NCBI RefSeq assembly: GCF_964355755.1
Contig: NC_092674.1
Span: forward strand, 6,572,001-6,636,000
Source of the DNA: Antedon mediterranea
Lineage: Eukaryota; Animalia; Echinodermata
Direction: 5' to 3'
DNA length: 64,000 nucleotides
Shown here: positions 49,201 to 63,400 of the stretch, piece after piece
Layout of the letters: the number at the start of each line of letters is the position of its first letter
How positions within the stretch are numbered: position 1 is the stretch's first letter
The notes under the pieces: generated by a model
Told to the model about the DNA's origin: nothing
The model's input: only the letters and a program-made list of their open reading frames with translations
Databases searched by the model: none
Position numbers and translations under genes: made by a program

Positions 49201-52200
49201 TTATGAACTATAAGAATAAGCTTGGATATGTAATATACATTTTCCGAAGAAACAATATTGCAAACCGATTGTCATTCTCTCCGAGCAGCCTACATTCCAT
49301 GTTCGTTGTCATTATCACAAATTACATGTTCTCTAAGTAAACACTACTTCTGTATCAATATAACAAGATCTATCTATCAATTGCAGCAATTAGATGCTTT
49401 GTTTTGTCCACATTCATCCAAGGTCGTGTTGTTTGTATAAAGTCAATGCCGATTGTTGTATAACAATTCAGTTTCTCTAGGTTTACTTGATGTTAAGGCC
49501 GTCTAAAATAAAGTATTTAGAAAGGTCAAGTTAAAAGTCCTTCTTTTTCTTTTCCTGCTCTTTCCTTCGTTCTTCTTTTTCCTTTAAATGAGAAATGGCC
49601 TATATGAGACGATTCTCGTACTGTCATGTCTAGAGACATGAAACTGTGGGGATGTTTATTGTCTGTAGACTGTACGAGAATTTAGTGCCTATCTGTACTG
49701 AACCTTCAGGCAAGCTGGAAGTATTTTACGCATGAAACGCCATGTGTGCCAAATTGTTTATCGAATCGTCTATAAACCTAAAAAATGTTTGTAAGTAATT
49801 GAATCGTTGCCTGTTAAACACTTGCATATAACCAGCATAAATAGCATACTATGTAAAACAATATATAAAATATATGTAATCTCTAAGCCCACGCGTGTTC
49901 AATTTACATCAGAAAAGCCTACCTATATACACACTTCCTGAGTGGGTGTTACCGAGACTAGTTTAGGCCTTGGACACCACTAACTTAGGCTAGACTGATG
50001 ATTGGGAAAACACCATGTAGGAGGGGTAAGAACTGTCTAAAGAACAATACGAATATCGTCTGGTTGTCTTGTTACATCATCAGAAACACTTTCTTATTTC
50101 TTTGTGAGGAGGATGACGTCACAACAGTACACATACAGGATATTTTAGCAACACGAAAGACAGAACAATGTATTTTAGGTGAAAGATATTATATCTCAGT
50201 TAAATAAACTGTTATCAGAATGGAAATCATGCACACAATGACATAATTTTATAAGTATCGCAGCAGAACAGCAGAGCAGACGATCAGAATTCCACGCGCC
50301 AAATGCCACAGAGTGAAATTAATTCATGTAATGAACAGCTCCTCCACTTCTTTGCACATGTCTCTGATTAATCATAAAACACTAACGTTTTTACAAGTGA
50401 ACTTACAGTCTGCCCTAGCTCACGCTATACAATGCGCAATTAAACCATTTATATGACATCTTTATAGGTAGGCTGAATAATCCTGCCTTTTGTTGAAGGG
50501 GAAATGTATTTTTATTCGTTGTATCTCTCTCTTATTCTATACTATACTAGCATTTGTAATTACGTACAAGATGAAGCTACGAACACATTTTCAATCTGTT
50601 TTATCCTATATTTGCAAAACATTCTGAATGTATTTTTAAATTTCTAAAACACTGGTTAAATCCATAAAATTGAACAAAACTTCTAATATTATCATGTTCT
50701 TTTCCTCCTCTTTTTTTTTTTGTTTTTTTTTTGCGGTAGCGCAGAAATAACACGTCGTAAGAGATACCCATCCGTTAAATAGGCCTACAGGGCGATACGT
50801 TATCTTTAGTTCCAAACACGTTTGGCGGTTCGCCAGCCTTTTCCATTTCACTACATTTAACAAAAAGAAATGGGTAGAAACAACGAAGGCTTGGGTCCTG
50901 TCTTTTGTCAAACAGTGCGCTTAATTCCACGAACAATACCACAATTATCAATTTTTAATAACGGCTAAATTAAATTAAACTTATATAGGCTTACAGTTGC
51001 ACTATGCTTTCCTTAATGGGCCTGTTTGTATAGATAGGTACTGTAGGCCTACATCATAATCCAATTATTTGTTGACAAAATAAACATTATAGATCATCAG
51101 AAGTTTCTATTAATAGGATCAAATGTAACAATTGTTATTGTACCGTATTCAAAGTACAGTAAGTAGAAAGTTAAGCCTAAATTATTATACGACAAATTTA
51201 GGCCAAGGACTATGTATTTTGTTGTACACAATAAAACACGCACGCGATATAAAGGCCTACTCTTACTACTGTACACACTTTACACTACTACAAAAACGAA
51301 TTCAGTACTTACTCTAAAAGGACCGGTCGGTCGTATTGCATCTGACAATTGTATTGACATCAATAAAACAACAATGAAAATAAAATATGAATTTGTCCGC
51401 CAAACACAACAAATATTATTCCTGGGTAGTATTTTCCAGTTGTGTATCTGTCGCAATTCCATAATGATTATTGGTATATGCCTACCGAGTCAGAAAACAA
51501 TCCCATGCAAAAATAGAAATCCGTTTGATTTTTGCAAGACACAAAATGCAGATTTGACAACATAGAGAACGGATATTAACTTATATCAGTAAAATATCTC
51601 ATAATGGTAAATTACACATCCACATAGTTAGAAAAAAAAAGATATATCGCAGCACAGTTTCCGATCCTAGGTATTGTTATTATGTGTAATATATCGTCAC
51701 CGAGAGAGTACTACAAAACGATCCTCTGTGTCTAACCACTGAGCTTATACTGCGGTATAAGTATAACATCGCTGATCATTCAGTGAGCGTTCCGCTTGAC
51801 TGGGTTACATCAGATACAAGCAGCAACAGACCAGTCGTAAAGCAGTTTAAAGCCAGCGGTAAAGCAATCGTTCTCGATACTTTTTAAATACAGTAAATCC
51901 ATAATCATGACATAACAATTATTTGAATTTTACTAATTCGTTAGATAGTAAAGAAACTATATTTAAAAAGTTGTTATTTTGAGTAAGTAGCCGACTACAG
52001 TTTGCCATGTCCAGAGCAACAAATTAATTAAGTAGTCTACAGGCGCAACCTCAAAATATTTTGTTCACAAGAGCAGAATAATTAGAGAAAACGGCATTAA
52101 AAGCAATTATCTTTAAACTCGATTAAACAATTAATAATCCAGAAATATAAGACAAATTCGACGCTTGCACTGTAAGTGTTAACACTTAGGCCTATTAGTA

Positions 52201-55200
52201 TTATAGCAAGGACCGACAAACAGACAAGCAGACAGACGTTATCTGAAATTGTGGAACAGAAGCTGAGTTCTATCGTAAATGTTTAAATCGGAATAGAAAT
52301 CGAAAATGATTAGATTTGTATGATTAAATGCAGTTAAAAATAAATGTTACACGTGATCAACTTTATCGATCATGGTCTACCCTGACAAAAATTGTATTTA
52401 GGAGGCATTATTTTTAATACATTCTTCATTTCTTCAAGGTCTTATAAAAACTTGTAATCATATAATTTACTCTATTTGCACTTTATAACAGATCATGGTA
52501 ATGGTAAAGGGACATATAGAAAGAAAGAAGGTGTCGTGATATAATTTGCTCTATTTGCACTTTATAAACAGATCATGGTAAACGGACATGTAGAAAGAAA
52601 GTAGTTGGGAACGAACGTTAAAAATGGAAGGTATACCTCCGGTTTACCTCAGTTTACTGAATATTCGATAGATTACTTGAAATCCCATCTTTACTTTGAC
52701 CTTCGTACATCAAAAGAAGACCTTGTTTTTCCTTCAGACATGTCAAATGGGATCTTATTTTAAACCTATATTATGCACTAGCAAGATAGGAGTACCAGGA
52801 AACAATATTGGAACAAGAAACATATTGTTTCGCTATCATTGAAACATTATCATTCGTATACAAGATATTACCGAGATTTCAACTAGATTCGAACCAAGTA
52901 CCCACTATCGAGGGATGATGATACACCATGATACGTGACCACCAAAATAAAAAGATCTGACCATTATTAGATTGACAGTTAACCACCTGTAGCCAGATCA
53001 AAAAGCTGCTAAATCTATTTTTAATTCCTTTAAACACAAATAAAACGGATTTCCAAGCAGGGGGTGCAGAAAAACATTACCTCGAAAGTGGAAACACTTA
53101 TTTGGCCATTAAATTAACAATAACATGCTCCGCTAACTTCTGATATTACTAGAGTATATTGTGGCACATTGTTCAAGTGTGGAGAAATTAACCTTAGTGC
53201 CACAATGATAAATTATATACATCCATCCCACATCCATTTATTAAATGAATTAAGAAAATAAAATTGAACTATTTTAGGGTTATTTTACTATAGGTTGTTC
53301 ATGGAATTCAATCAGTAGCAACACAATGTATAACAGATATGGTAGATTAATGTGTACTGTACAAGGGTTACTGTACACCATGAAGAAATAAGTTGACTAC
53401 TTATTTCTCCATGGTTACACACTGACCGTAAGATTAGACCACTAAAGTTTGACCATGTAAACTTTTTCCGGTTACACGATTTCAGAATAAATTGGGCATT
53501 ATGTAAAACATTTAGATCCAATTCAGCTTTTATAAAGAACGTACGGAAGTATTCTCCAACTTTCAAACATTATATCTTTACTTATTCTTTTTTTAATGTG
53601 TTGTTTTCTTTGTGAAATTACTTCATAGTTACTAAAAAGTTGGACAAAACTTCTTTCCTTAATAACGATAAGATAAGATACTATTTATTGGTTCATCATA
53701 AAATATGTTGGAAATTTATTTTCCAAATGGCGCACACATAGGACTACACAAATACAAATATAAATATATAAAAAGAAAACATGTACTTATTCGGCGTTTT
53801 CCCCAATTTAGTTCGCACAAAACCTCAAGCTATGATCAATGAATATTCGTAAAGAATCATCATACATTTAGTAAGAATGTTTAGTATGTATGCCTACCTG
53901 ACATCGTTGCTATTGCTATTTGAACAAGAAAACCTGGTATTTAACCATTTTAAATAAGTAATATATTTTGTCCCACCAACGTCGAACTTTAGCCTACATC
54001 AAGATATGTTGAATGTGACCCACATCGACTAGTAGTAGGTCTACCAACCTTGAAAAAAACTGAAAATGAAAAAAGACGTGCCGACAAAACGAAAAGGAAA
54101 AACCAATGCCACAAATTTAACTAAAATATCTTAGTTAAATCTTGCACATGTTTCGTGTTGAGTTAACGCTTACACCAAGGAGACAATTTACTTTAGCAGT
54201 ATTACGAAATGGAAGCCATGCGAATCCACCCAGAACAATCCTGTTAGGGTTACAACCTTTACCTTTTGCTGTAATTTCACATGAAAAGTAGAATACCGCA
54301 TTACAAATTACACCTACAAAGTTAGCCGACAGATACCCACACCTTTAGCGCAAATTAACAAATCAAAAATAAGTAATTTCCCCTGTGAATGGATAAAACA
54401 ATATAACATTCTTTTAAGCAGTTGAGGTGCATTAAGAACACATACAATATAACACGACATAATTTGCCAATTCACCCGATTCTCAGTCCAAAGTACGGAA
54501 TCGGGTGAATTGAAATTAAGATTTGTTTCAGTAACGTATCTTATGAAAGTGCCATGATACGATGTGACATGTTCGTCACAAGCTAAACTGTATCATATGA
54601 GTTATTTTAAAGTTTGGTTAAAAATAAGTTAAAAACAATGTCACATATGATACTGTATTTATACATTTGTATATGACACCTGATATTTGCCTAGATACCC
54701 TGGGAGAATCGACTGGCCGATTACAGAATGGGTGAAAATGTGGATAAGACTAGGGCTCGTTCCTACTTTAGAATTTACACACATTTTGATTTAAATTACA
54801 AATTAGGATGATGTCGTGAATAAGAGAGCCAGGGTTTAAGTGACCTTGGGAATGTTCGCTAAACATTCTGATTGGCTGATGAGTGCCATTTTATCGATGA
54901 TTTTGGTTTTGGCCGCAGATATCCCCTCGGATGGGTAGATTTGACGTTTGCACAACTCTGTATAGGCCTACTACTGCACCATATTAAAATTGTTTACAGA
55001 ATTCACTTTAAACCAACGGAAAGACATGCTTTGTGGTTCACGTATGGTAGAAAAGTTAGGGAAGTCTGGCTTATAGAAGCGACGGAATGTGAGAACCTTC
55101 AGGAAAATCCTCGAAATAACTAGGCTTCCTTTCATCTGACAGAACGATTCCGGTAGTCATGGCACGGTGGTTGACCTATGCATATCAGGCCCAACGAGCT

Positions 55201-56953
55201 ACCCTAGGCTACCGGTATCTTGTGATTCCAGAATTATTATATATCACTTATTAAACTGGCAAATTGGCAATAGATATTATTGTTCACAGTTCAGCCAATA
55301 TGACCTGCGTAAAGTATAACACCAGACAGGCGGATTATAACACCAAGGTCAGTGCTAACAAACATTGTAATACCAATAATAATAATGTACAAAGTTAAAA
55401 CAAATACAGGATTGAACACCACTACTACGAACAAGGGGAAAGTACAGTATATTTTAATACTATACTGTCCACTCCTATTCAGTGGACACTCCTAATCCTA
55501 TAAAGGGGACAACATTTGCTGTGTCCCTTCATAGGTGTAATGCTGTACGGTAATAGAATATTAAATCAGCCTCCGATATGGAGAAGAGGAGGAAGGAACA
55601 TACAGACCAATATCAAAGCAATGTAATAGTCAATGAAAAACATTTTTTAGAAATTTCTGGGTCCAAAAATTAATGTGTGTGTATTTTTTTTAATTAAGTG
55701 ATGGGTCTATTTCGATATTTGTTTACAGATGCCGTGATCATTACATTACAAGAAACCTGGCTGCAAAAGAGAATTTTGTGACAAAAATGACAGACGATCG
55801 GGCACACGATGAACGATCTTCCCTGAGATGGTAACTTTTTCTGAGGTCTACCAATGCTGTCTTTATTATAAATGAGGAAACGAACTACGAGTAAGGCGAA
55901 TGGGATGGGATACCCTTATTAAGAGGACGCGTTATTGGTGTTGTTTCAAGATGTCTCCTTAAGTCCCCTACTGTATTTGCGTGAAGGATTACCCTAATGA
56001 ATACCGTACTCGTGGGTAGGGGTTCCCCCACAGAAGAGAGACAACGAAATCTTATTTCAGATCGATGGTGTACGGTTTCAACAGAATACGAAAGTGTCCA
56101 CAGATAGCTCTCGGTATGAATTTTTCTCACGTCTTAAAAACTTTCCAATCCCAATGCCATATACTAATACTTACTTTAAAAGTATAACAATGTCTGAGTC
56201 TCGTGGGAAAATACATTTACACCAAGTACTGTATATAAGTCTATATCGTATTAAAAGTGCGATATACTCATGGGAGACAAAGTTACCTAGAGACAAAAAA
56301 TAGTATAGCAGACATATCTTACTATACTCGTCTTAATTATGCATCATAGTCATTTATGTGCATTTTAATGTTTTTGAAAATACATTGGCGAATTCTTCCG
56401 CCTTCTGCTCGTGCGTGAGTACTTCAGGAAAGACAGGCTTTCGTATTAAACATTTCATAGTTCTGAACTATAGTTGCACTCCCTGGAGAGGAAAACAATC
56501 AGGGCATTAGTAACAACAGTATATATACTGATGGTTTGACACCCGACAGCCAGCCATCAACAACGACGATGAAAATAACATTATTACTGGTTTATTCATT
56601 TCACTCTGTTGCTAATAATAATCTTCAATATTTCACTTCCGGTTGTTGGTGTGTGTAGACGTCCTGGTTTTCTTCTTCTTCTGTCACTAAAGTCAAATAT
56701 TCAATTGGTTTTAAGATCCAGGTTTATGTTTTAAGAATAGTTTGAAATAGTGGTTTGGTAGTATCTCACAGTTATACCGTACTGTAATCCCAGGGTCGTG
56801 GGTTAAAATCCTGGGATCACCAGTACCGTATGCAAGACGTTTGTTCATGGTCAAAAACAGTGGAACTGAATATCGAGATTAATTGATACCCATCCTGCAT
56901 TGGTGGGGTAGGTTATACTTATATTTGATGCTGGATATGATACGGTAGTAGAT

Positions 56954-57085
56954 ACGATAGAACCACTCTTTTGGGGCACCCTTACTGAGTGGGAGACCCC
57001 ATTTTGAGGGAAGATTTTTCTACTATACTACGGCCAACACACACTGAATACTCGAAGGTGTCCACCTACCTGGGTTCTACCGTAG
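56954..57085. mobile_element. Tc1/mariner-pogo-like MITE remnant
   Basis: TA-CGATAGAACC ... GGTTCTACCG-TA inverted termini. Confidence 0.45.
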
Positions 57086-57337
57086 GCCTACTTTAAATAT
57101 AAGTACAGAAAAAAAAGAAAACCAGATTTATGCAAAAGTGTATAAATATCTATTCCCAGAAACGCATCTGTCACTCTAACCCCATACTGACTATGCACTA
57201 TTCATTTAAGACCTAAACTACATATGACGAAATTTATACCAAAACGATTAACGTTAACTGGTATGTCGCTTGTCATGTGAAAGGAAGTGAGTAAGTTGCG
57301 AAGAAAATTATATACTTGAGTACAATATATCGGCTAA

Positions 57338-57483
57338 ATCTCTGTCTACACAATCAAACTAGTTGACAAGAAAGTGTGATGTCCCCAAATATGGTAGTGA
57401 TATGCCCAAATATGGCAGTGATATGACATTATTATGTCCATATATGGGCATGTCACATAACGTTTGATAGTGTGGACAGAGCT
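57338..57483. mobile_element. MITE family A copy
   Basis: TIRs and 21-bp internal units. Confidence 0.75.
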
Positions 57484-60400
57484 TTAGTACGGTATAATAG
57501 TAGTAGGCATGTCTCATCATATTCAAAACAGCAGAGGGATCCCAATGCTTGAACGCGCTCGAGTTCATGGAAGTTGATAGATCTATGTATATCTGTGTAG
57601 AGTATAGGCTAGAATCCTTTTGGACGCGAGAGCAAACACTACAGCCAACCCCTATTAAGGTATAGGCCTAATTCATAAATTGAACGCTTGTTTTGAAAAC
57701 TATCTGTTATTAGGGCAATTTAAAAAAGCAACGACTGAATCAAACCCATTGTAGATTTAATTTCAATAGCATACAACCTGAAAATATGAAAATATTTTAG
57801 ACAACAAAAATGTGTCAAATACTATAGCCTACAAATATTTATCTGTGAGTAATTGTCCGTTTAACTACAATACATGCCTACTTATGAACAGAATAAAAAA
57901 TGTCTATACAACAAAAGTCATCAATAATATTTAGCAATGGGATATGCATATTTGCTATATATTTCACCATTAATATCTAACGTGCCAGATGATGGATAGG
58001 AAAGAATAAAAGAACCACTTAGAAGATAAAATCGATTTAAACTGGTATCAAGTTCAAAGTTTCAAAATAATCCACAGGTAAAAATTATTGTACAATAGAA
58101 ATATCTTGGATAAAACACCCACCAGTCAGTTTCAACAAAGATCCTATTCTGTGACAACGCCTGTAAAAATTAACCCGATTCTAAAGACTCATCTGTATTT
58201 GTTTTTCATAAAGAATTCGAACCACTTGTCGCGTCACGGTTGGTTTTACACACATTCCTTTCTGTGTTTTCCAGATTTCTGCTGGTTTATGACAATTTTT
58301 TAATTTTAAAAACATCCACAAGTTTGAATTTTTTATTCAAAAACTCAAACAAATCAAATCAATATTTATTTCTTCTAAAAAAAGAAAAACAATAAAACAA
58401 AATACACTATCTCTCAATATGGAAAAATGAAAATGTTTTAAAAGATAATTAAACCAGATATTTACTTAAATAAAAAAAATGGAAGAGAGCTAAATTTAAG
58501 AAGAAAATCCAGATAATAATAGGCCTAAAGTATTCAAGAGCAAATCTTAAAATCATTAGTATAATATAATATTATACTTATTTTTTAGGTAGGCCTTATA
58601 ATAATGCTAAAATATATTTGAAATCGCTTCAAATTTGTTGGCGGTTGACGTTTATGTATGCTAGATAGAAATCACGAAGATGATCTAACAAAACTAAAGT
58701 TTTTCAGTAGACCATAAGTGGGACAGACAGACCTGATACACTGCGAAAAGACACATGTAGAAAAAATTGTACGAAATGACGAAAATTCGTTATTGATTTC
58801 TGGAAAGGTAACAACAAATTAAACATATTTGAACGTGTATTGATTAAACTAAATATATTTGTAGGCGTTATAGATTTTTTAAAGTATTTCAGTAAGAGTT
58901 CAGAGCCAATTCATTTCCTGCAGATGTATGGGTTTCTCACGGGAAAGATTTAAAATAATAATGAAAAAAACCGATTATTAAATCTCAAAAATAATTTACA
59001 AAAACAAGATCGTATTGAGCGATTAGACTTATAATTAAAATTTGACAATATGTGATAAAATTATTAAGGAAATGGTAAATAATAATTGTACTTCTAAGTG
59101 CAAATAGAGGATCAGGGAAAGCCTATCCGGTTTAAACGTTCAGCTAGTGCACTTGACTTTCCGCTATAGATTTGCTTTTTTGGTTGCCGCGGCACAAACA
59201 CCTTCAAAAGTGGGTCCTTTGAGTATTATACGTGATATGCTAACAAAAAGACTAGGCCTACCACACGGTACTGGATGACGTCATTATATCCTTTTTATTA
59301 ATTGGATGATATTTAACGGTAAAGTTAAAGAATTGAATTGAATTATGTCAACTAGACTGATCGACAAACGTAACATATAACATGTGTCTTAATGTCCTCC
59401 AAAAGATCATGAAAAGCCTCCCCAAAAACTCCCCTAAAGATGAAATAATTAAAACTTTTAATTTTGAAAAACAGTTGAATACAAATCAATGATTTAGCTT
59501 ATAGGCCTAAAACAGGTAAAATAAACAATTTTAGAGAGAAAGTGAATAACTCCGTAGCTCTAAATTAGCCTACAATTCTAATTGTATATTAAATCTATAT
59601 ATATTCTAGGTTTATTTTTATTTTTTTAGTAATGTGTTTTGTTGTGGGTCCCTACGAGACAAGTTTTTAACTTCTAGAAGGGATCCATGATAATAATGAC
59701 TACCAATTATTGCTTTATCTATGTTCACTTTAATATCTTTTTTCTATTTTGTATATATTCATTCATTATTATCTAAATAAATATTATCTGAAATATTGCA
59801 ATAAATTTAAAGAACGGTTAGGATTGTACTGAACCAAAAGACAAATTTTTCACCCGATTCTGAAGCTGTCACTGATACATCTTCACTGACAAACGCAAGT
59901 CATTGGGATACAAGTCACGTGTATTTATACTTGTAATTCATGTTACCTTGTCTCTTCTGTGTTCAGACAAATAAAACGTGAAAATAAGAAAATCATCAAC
60001 CTATTGTATGAAATCATAGTTCAGTGACATCAAGATACAGATGATGAATGTTCTGCCTTGACAGACGATACATATATATGTAAAAATACATCAACCGTAT
60101 TCAATCATTTAGGGAAACTAGGCCTATATAATTTCAGTGACGCATACTCATTATAAGTCATTTCGCGTATCAGTACACGTGACATTTACGCAAATAATGA
60201 ATCACACACGTGACACATCGACGAGACGGTCAATAGAACATTTAAAATTATGTCACATTGCACCGTAAACTGAAATATATGCAAATTAGACAGTTGTTTG
60301 CATAAATCATGTTTATTTACGATGTTATTTATGATGTTACGACATTATGAAGATGAATTGTAGGACACGTGACGTTATAGCCGATATGATGGAGTCCTTT

Positions 60401-63400
60401 TATTATATGTGGACATCGTGGACGAGAAGGCGGGAAATAGGTTTAGTTTGGTTGGTGGTTGGGGAAAGGGTGTTTTCTTCTGTCTGGACCTTTCAACGTT
60501 TTTCAACTGGGGTTGTGTTGTTGTTGTGGAGAGGGTTTTTCCTTCACTCTAGACTCGCTTCACCATTTCATTGCATTGGGCTGCTCATTCACGTACAGTC
60601 CTAAAACTTGTAGACCGTATTTTTGGGGAGAGGTGTAGGGGACCGAACAGTTCACAGTTAATGAGAATTGGCATAAGCTGTTGCTAAATTATGATAACTA
60701 AGAAAATCATTGCAATCGCGAAAATTTAGGACCGCGACAAAAATGTATAATATGTTCACGCTGCACCAACAAAATGACACAGAATTACCGATGTGCGTCA
60801 GCAGATCTTTTTCTTCAAACATTTCATAACATTAAACGAATATTTCTAAACTGTCATCCATCCGGGCTTTAATTAAAATAAATTTCAGAATATTACCATA
60901 AATAAGTTCATAACGGAACATCCTGGGTAGTTATAACGCAACACAATGTTACATTCTAATTGGAGAGAGTTTAACGAATATAATACACGTGCTTTGTACA
61001 AATGCGACTAATACCGGTAAGGCTTATTCTAAACCTCTATAATTAATGTTATTGAGAAATAAGCTAAACTTTCAAGAACTAATCTCTAATTCTTTAAATT
61101 AAATTTTTATTGGAGATCTGACGAAAATGTACATTATATTCATTGCTGCGGACTATTCGAGCGTTTTAAAAAATGTCTAATGTGTTATCAAAATGTACCC
61201 GTGTTTTATACGCGCGTCCACACTATGTTCAGTGCACGGCGTATTTTAACTGTCTTCTAGTAAAGGTTAGTTCCCACTAGCGACTGAACGTAACGCAACC
61301 TACGCAACGTAAGGAAATGCTCTTCCAATACTTGTGTTAATTTTTTTTGCGATGTTTGCAGCACTCTTGTGGTTACGCAATACAGCATTTTGCGTCGATA
61401 CGTCGCTGCGTTGCGTTCTAGTGGAAACCACGCTTAGGTATACGCCTGTCCTATAGACATACTAGTATTTGTAGGCCTAAGTATGTTTAGAATAAACTGT
61501 TTCCGTTGTATCACAGGGTATAAAGTCTATAGACTAGGCCTAAATTACCATGGATTTGCAGTGACGTATGTTGTGTGAACATGGCTCATGGTAAAGTCAA
61601 TCCCCCAGTCCACAATTAACACGTCTATACCAAAAGGGCCTACGTAAATATTTGAGATAGTATACCGGAAAACCGTTACACAGTTCCAAAGTACTTTTAA
61701 AGTGCATGAAAGAATTAGTATAGAATGTCTCCTTTTATTTAAAGTATCTTTAAGTGGCACTGCGCTATGTGATTAAGAAAACTGTAAATGAGGTGTTAAT
61801 TTGAAATTAAAAGAATACATAATGGTTCTGGTCATTATATACGTATTAACTTGGTACACAAATAACAAGAGAACAGGTACTGGAGGTTATTTAAGTGGCT
61901 CTGAAGTAGGTATTAAAGTTTGAGAACACCATTGAATGTGATTATCAACCTCCTTTAGTCAAACAATTATTAGTACAATCGATGTGTTACTGTACCCGAT
62001 TCTCAGTGCTGTATCTTCACATACGAAAATATTTGCAAGGCAGCATCATAGGAGGAATATTAGACTTGCTCCAAGTCTGTATTTATTGTCTTTTTTATGT
62101 CATTCCACACGTCGTCGTTTTGACAGCTCAAGTAGTACGTATGAAACGCCATATGTGCAAAAATGTTTATCTTTTTACAAATATTAAGACAAAACTCCGT
62201 CTGGAACTAGAGGAATATCAGTATCTTATTTGTAGGCCTATGTGGTGCCTGTATCAAGGGTTAGGCTATGGTCTATGGTGCTATGTCTGTGTAAATTGGC
62301 CTTACCGAGAATAGGCTATGCAGTTGCGAGAATACATTAGGATAAAGACTTTTTTTTTTCATAAGTTTCCATTCATCAGGTAAAGTCTTTGAAAGACATA
62401 TCAGACCTAGCTATATCTCCGACTGAAAGTTCTCATTCATCAAGTGGGCGTTTTATTATATGTGATTTAACCAATTTGAAGGTGGCAACCTCAACAAGAA
62501 CCAAAATAGTGAACTATTTTCTTATTATCAAAAATCGATTTAAGTTTCACAAATGCAGCTGTGTGAGCGGTCGGAATTTGAAGTCTCCGCGTGTGACGTA
62601 GACCACGTGACATTCAAAATAGTGCCAATGGCCAAGTCTCATGCGAATAGGACCACACATTAATGCGGTTAATCTGCTTTGTAAAATAGAACTACTTAAA
62701 AGAGAGTAAAGAGGTAAATTAACCGCGTAAATTACGGTAACGGTATCGCAGCCGAGGTTGATATTAATGCAAAACAAACCATGTAGTGGAACACGACGAT
62801 TTAAACTTCATTCTAATTTTTTTTTTTTCATAAAAAAAAAATTAAAATGAACGTGGCATGAATATCAATAGCAACACACTTTTTTAAAATACTAAATGGG
62901 TTGAAATGCATATGCACGCCTCTTGGTCTAATAGTTCTAAAGTTTGAAACACAAAATACAAAATATCACATACTGAACTAGACTTGCTCCAAGTCTGTAT
63001 TTATTTTCTTTTTTATTTATTTTGTTTATACAAACTCAAGTAGTATACGTATGAAACGCCATATGTAAAAACTATTTATCTTTTTACTAATATTAAGTCA
63101 AAACTCCGTCTGGAACCCAGACTAATACTGAACATACGTCTTCTATCTTTCAAACGTGCGTAAAATAAAACGACTACGAATACGTAAACCTAGCAGACTT
63201 TTTTCCTGAATTGCTCTTTTTAATTTAGAGACCAACAGTAAAAATGCTATAGTTTTAATAGGCCTCATCTACTTAGGTAGGCCTACTATCTTTTCTTTAG
63301 TTGCTACGCTTGGGGAAAAAGAACCCCAATGTCTATCTATAACGGGCTTGAACTTTGGAATATTGCTGGGAAGGCTTGCGAGGGAAGCCCACATAACAAT

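Noticed and set aside
62732-62782. MVCFALISTSAAIPLP as signal-peptide exon of VEGF-like gene 2
   Set aside because: It ends in a stop, and the only donors are weak and phase 2, incompatible with the phase-0 acceptor at 28427.
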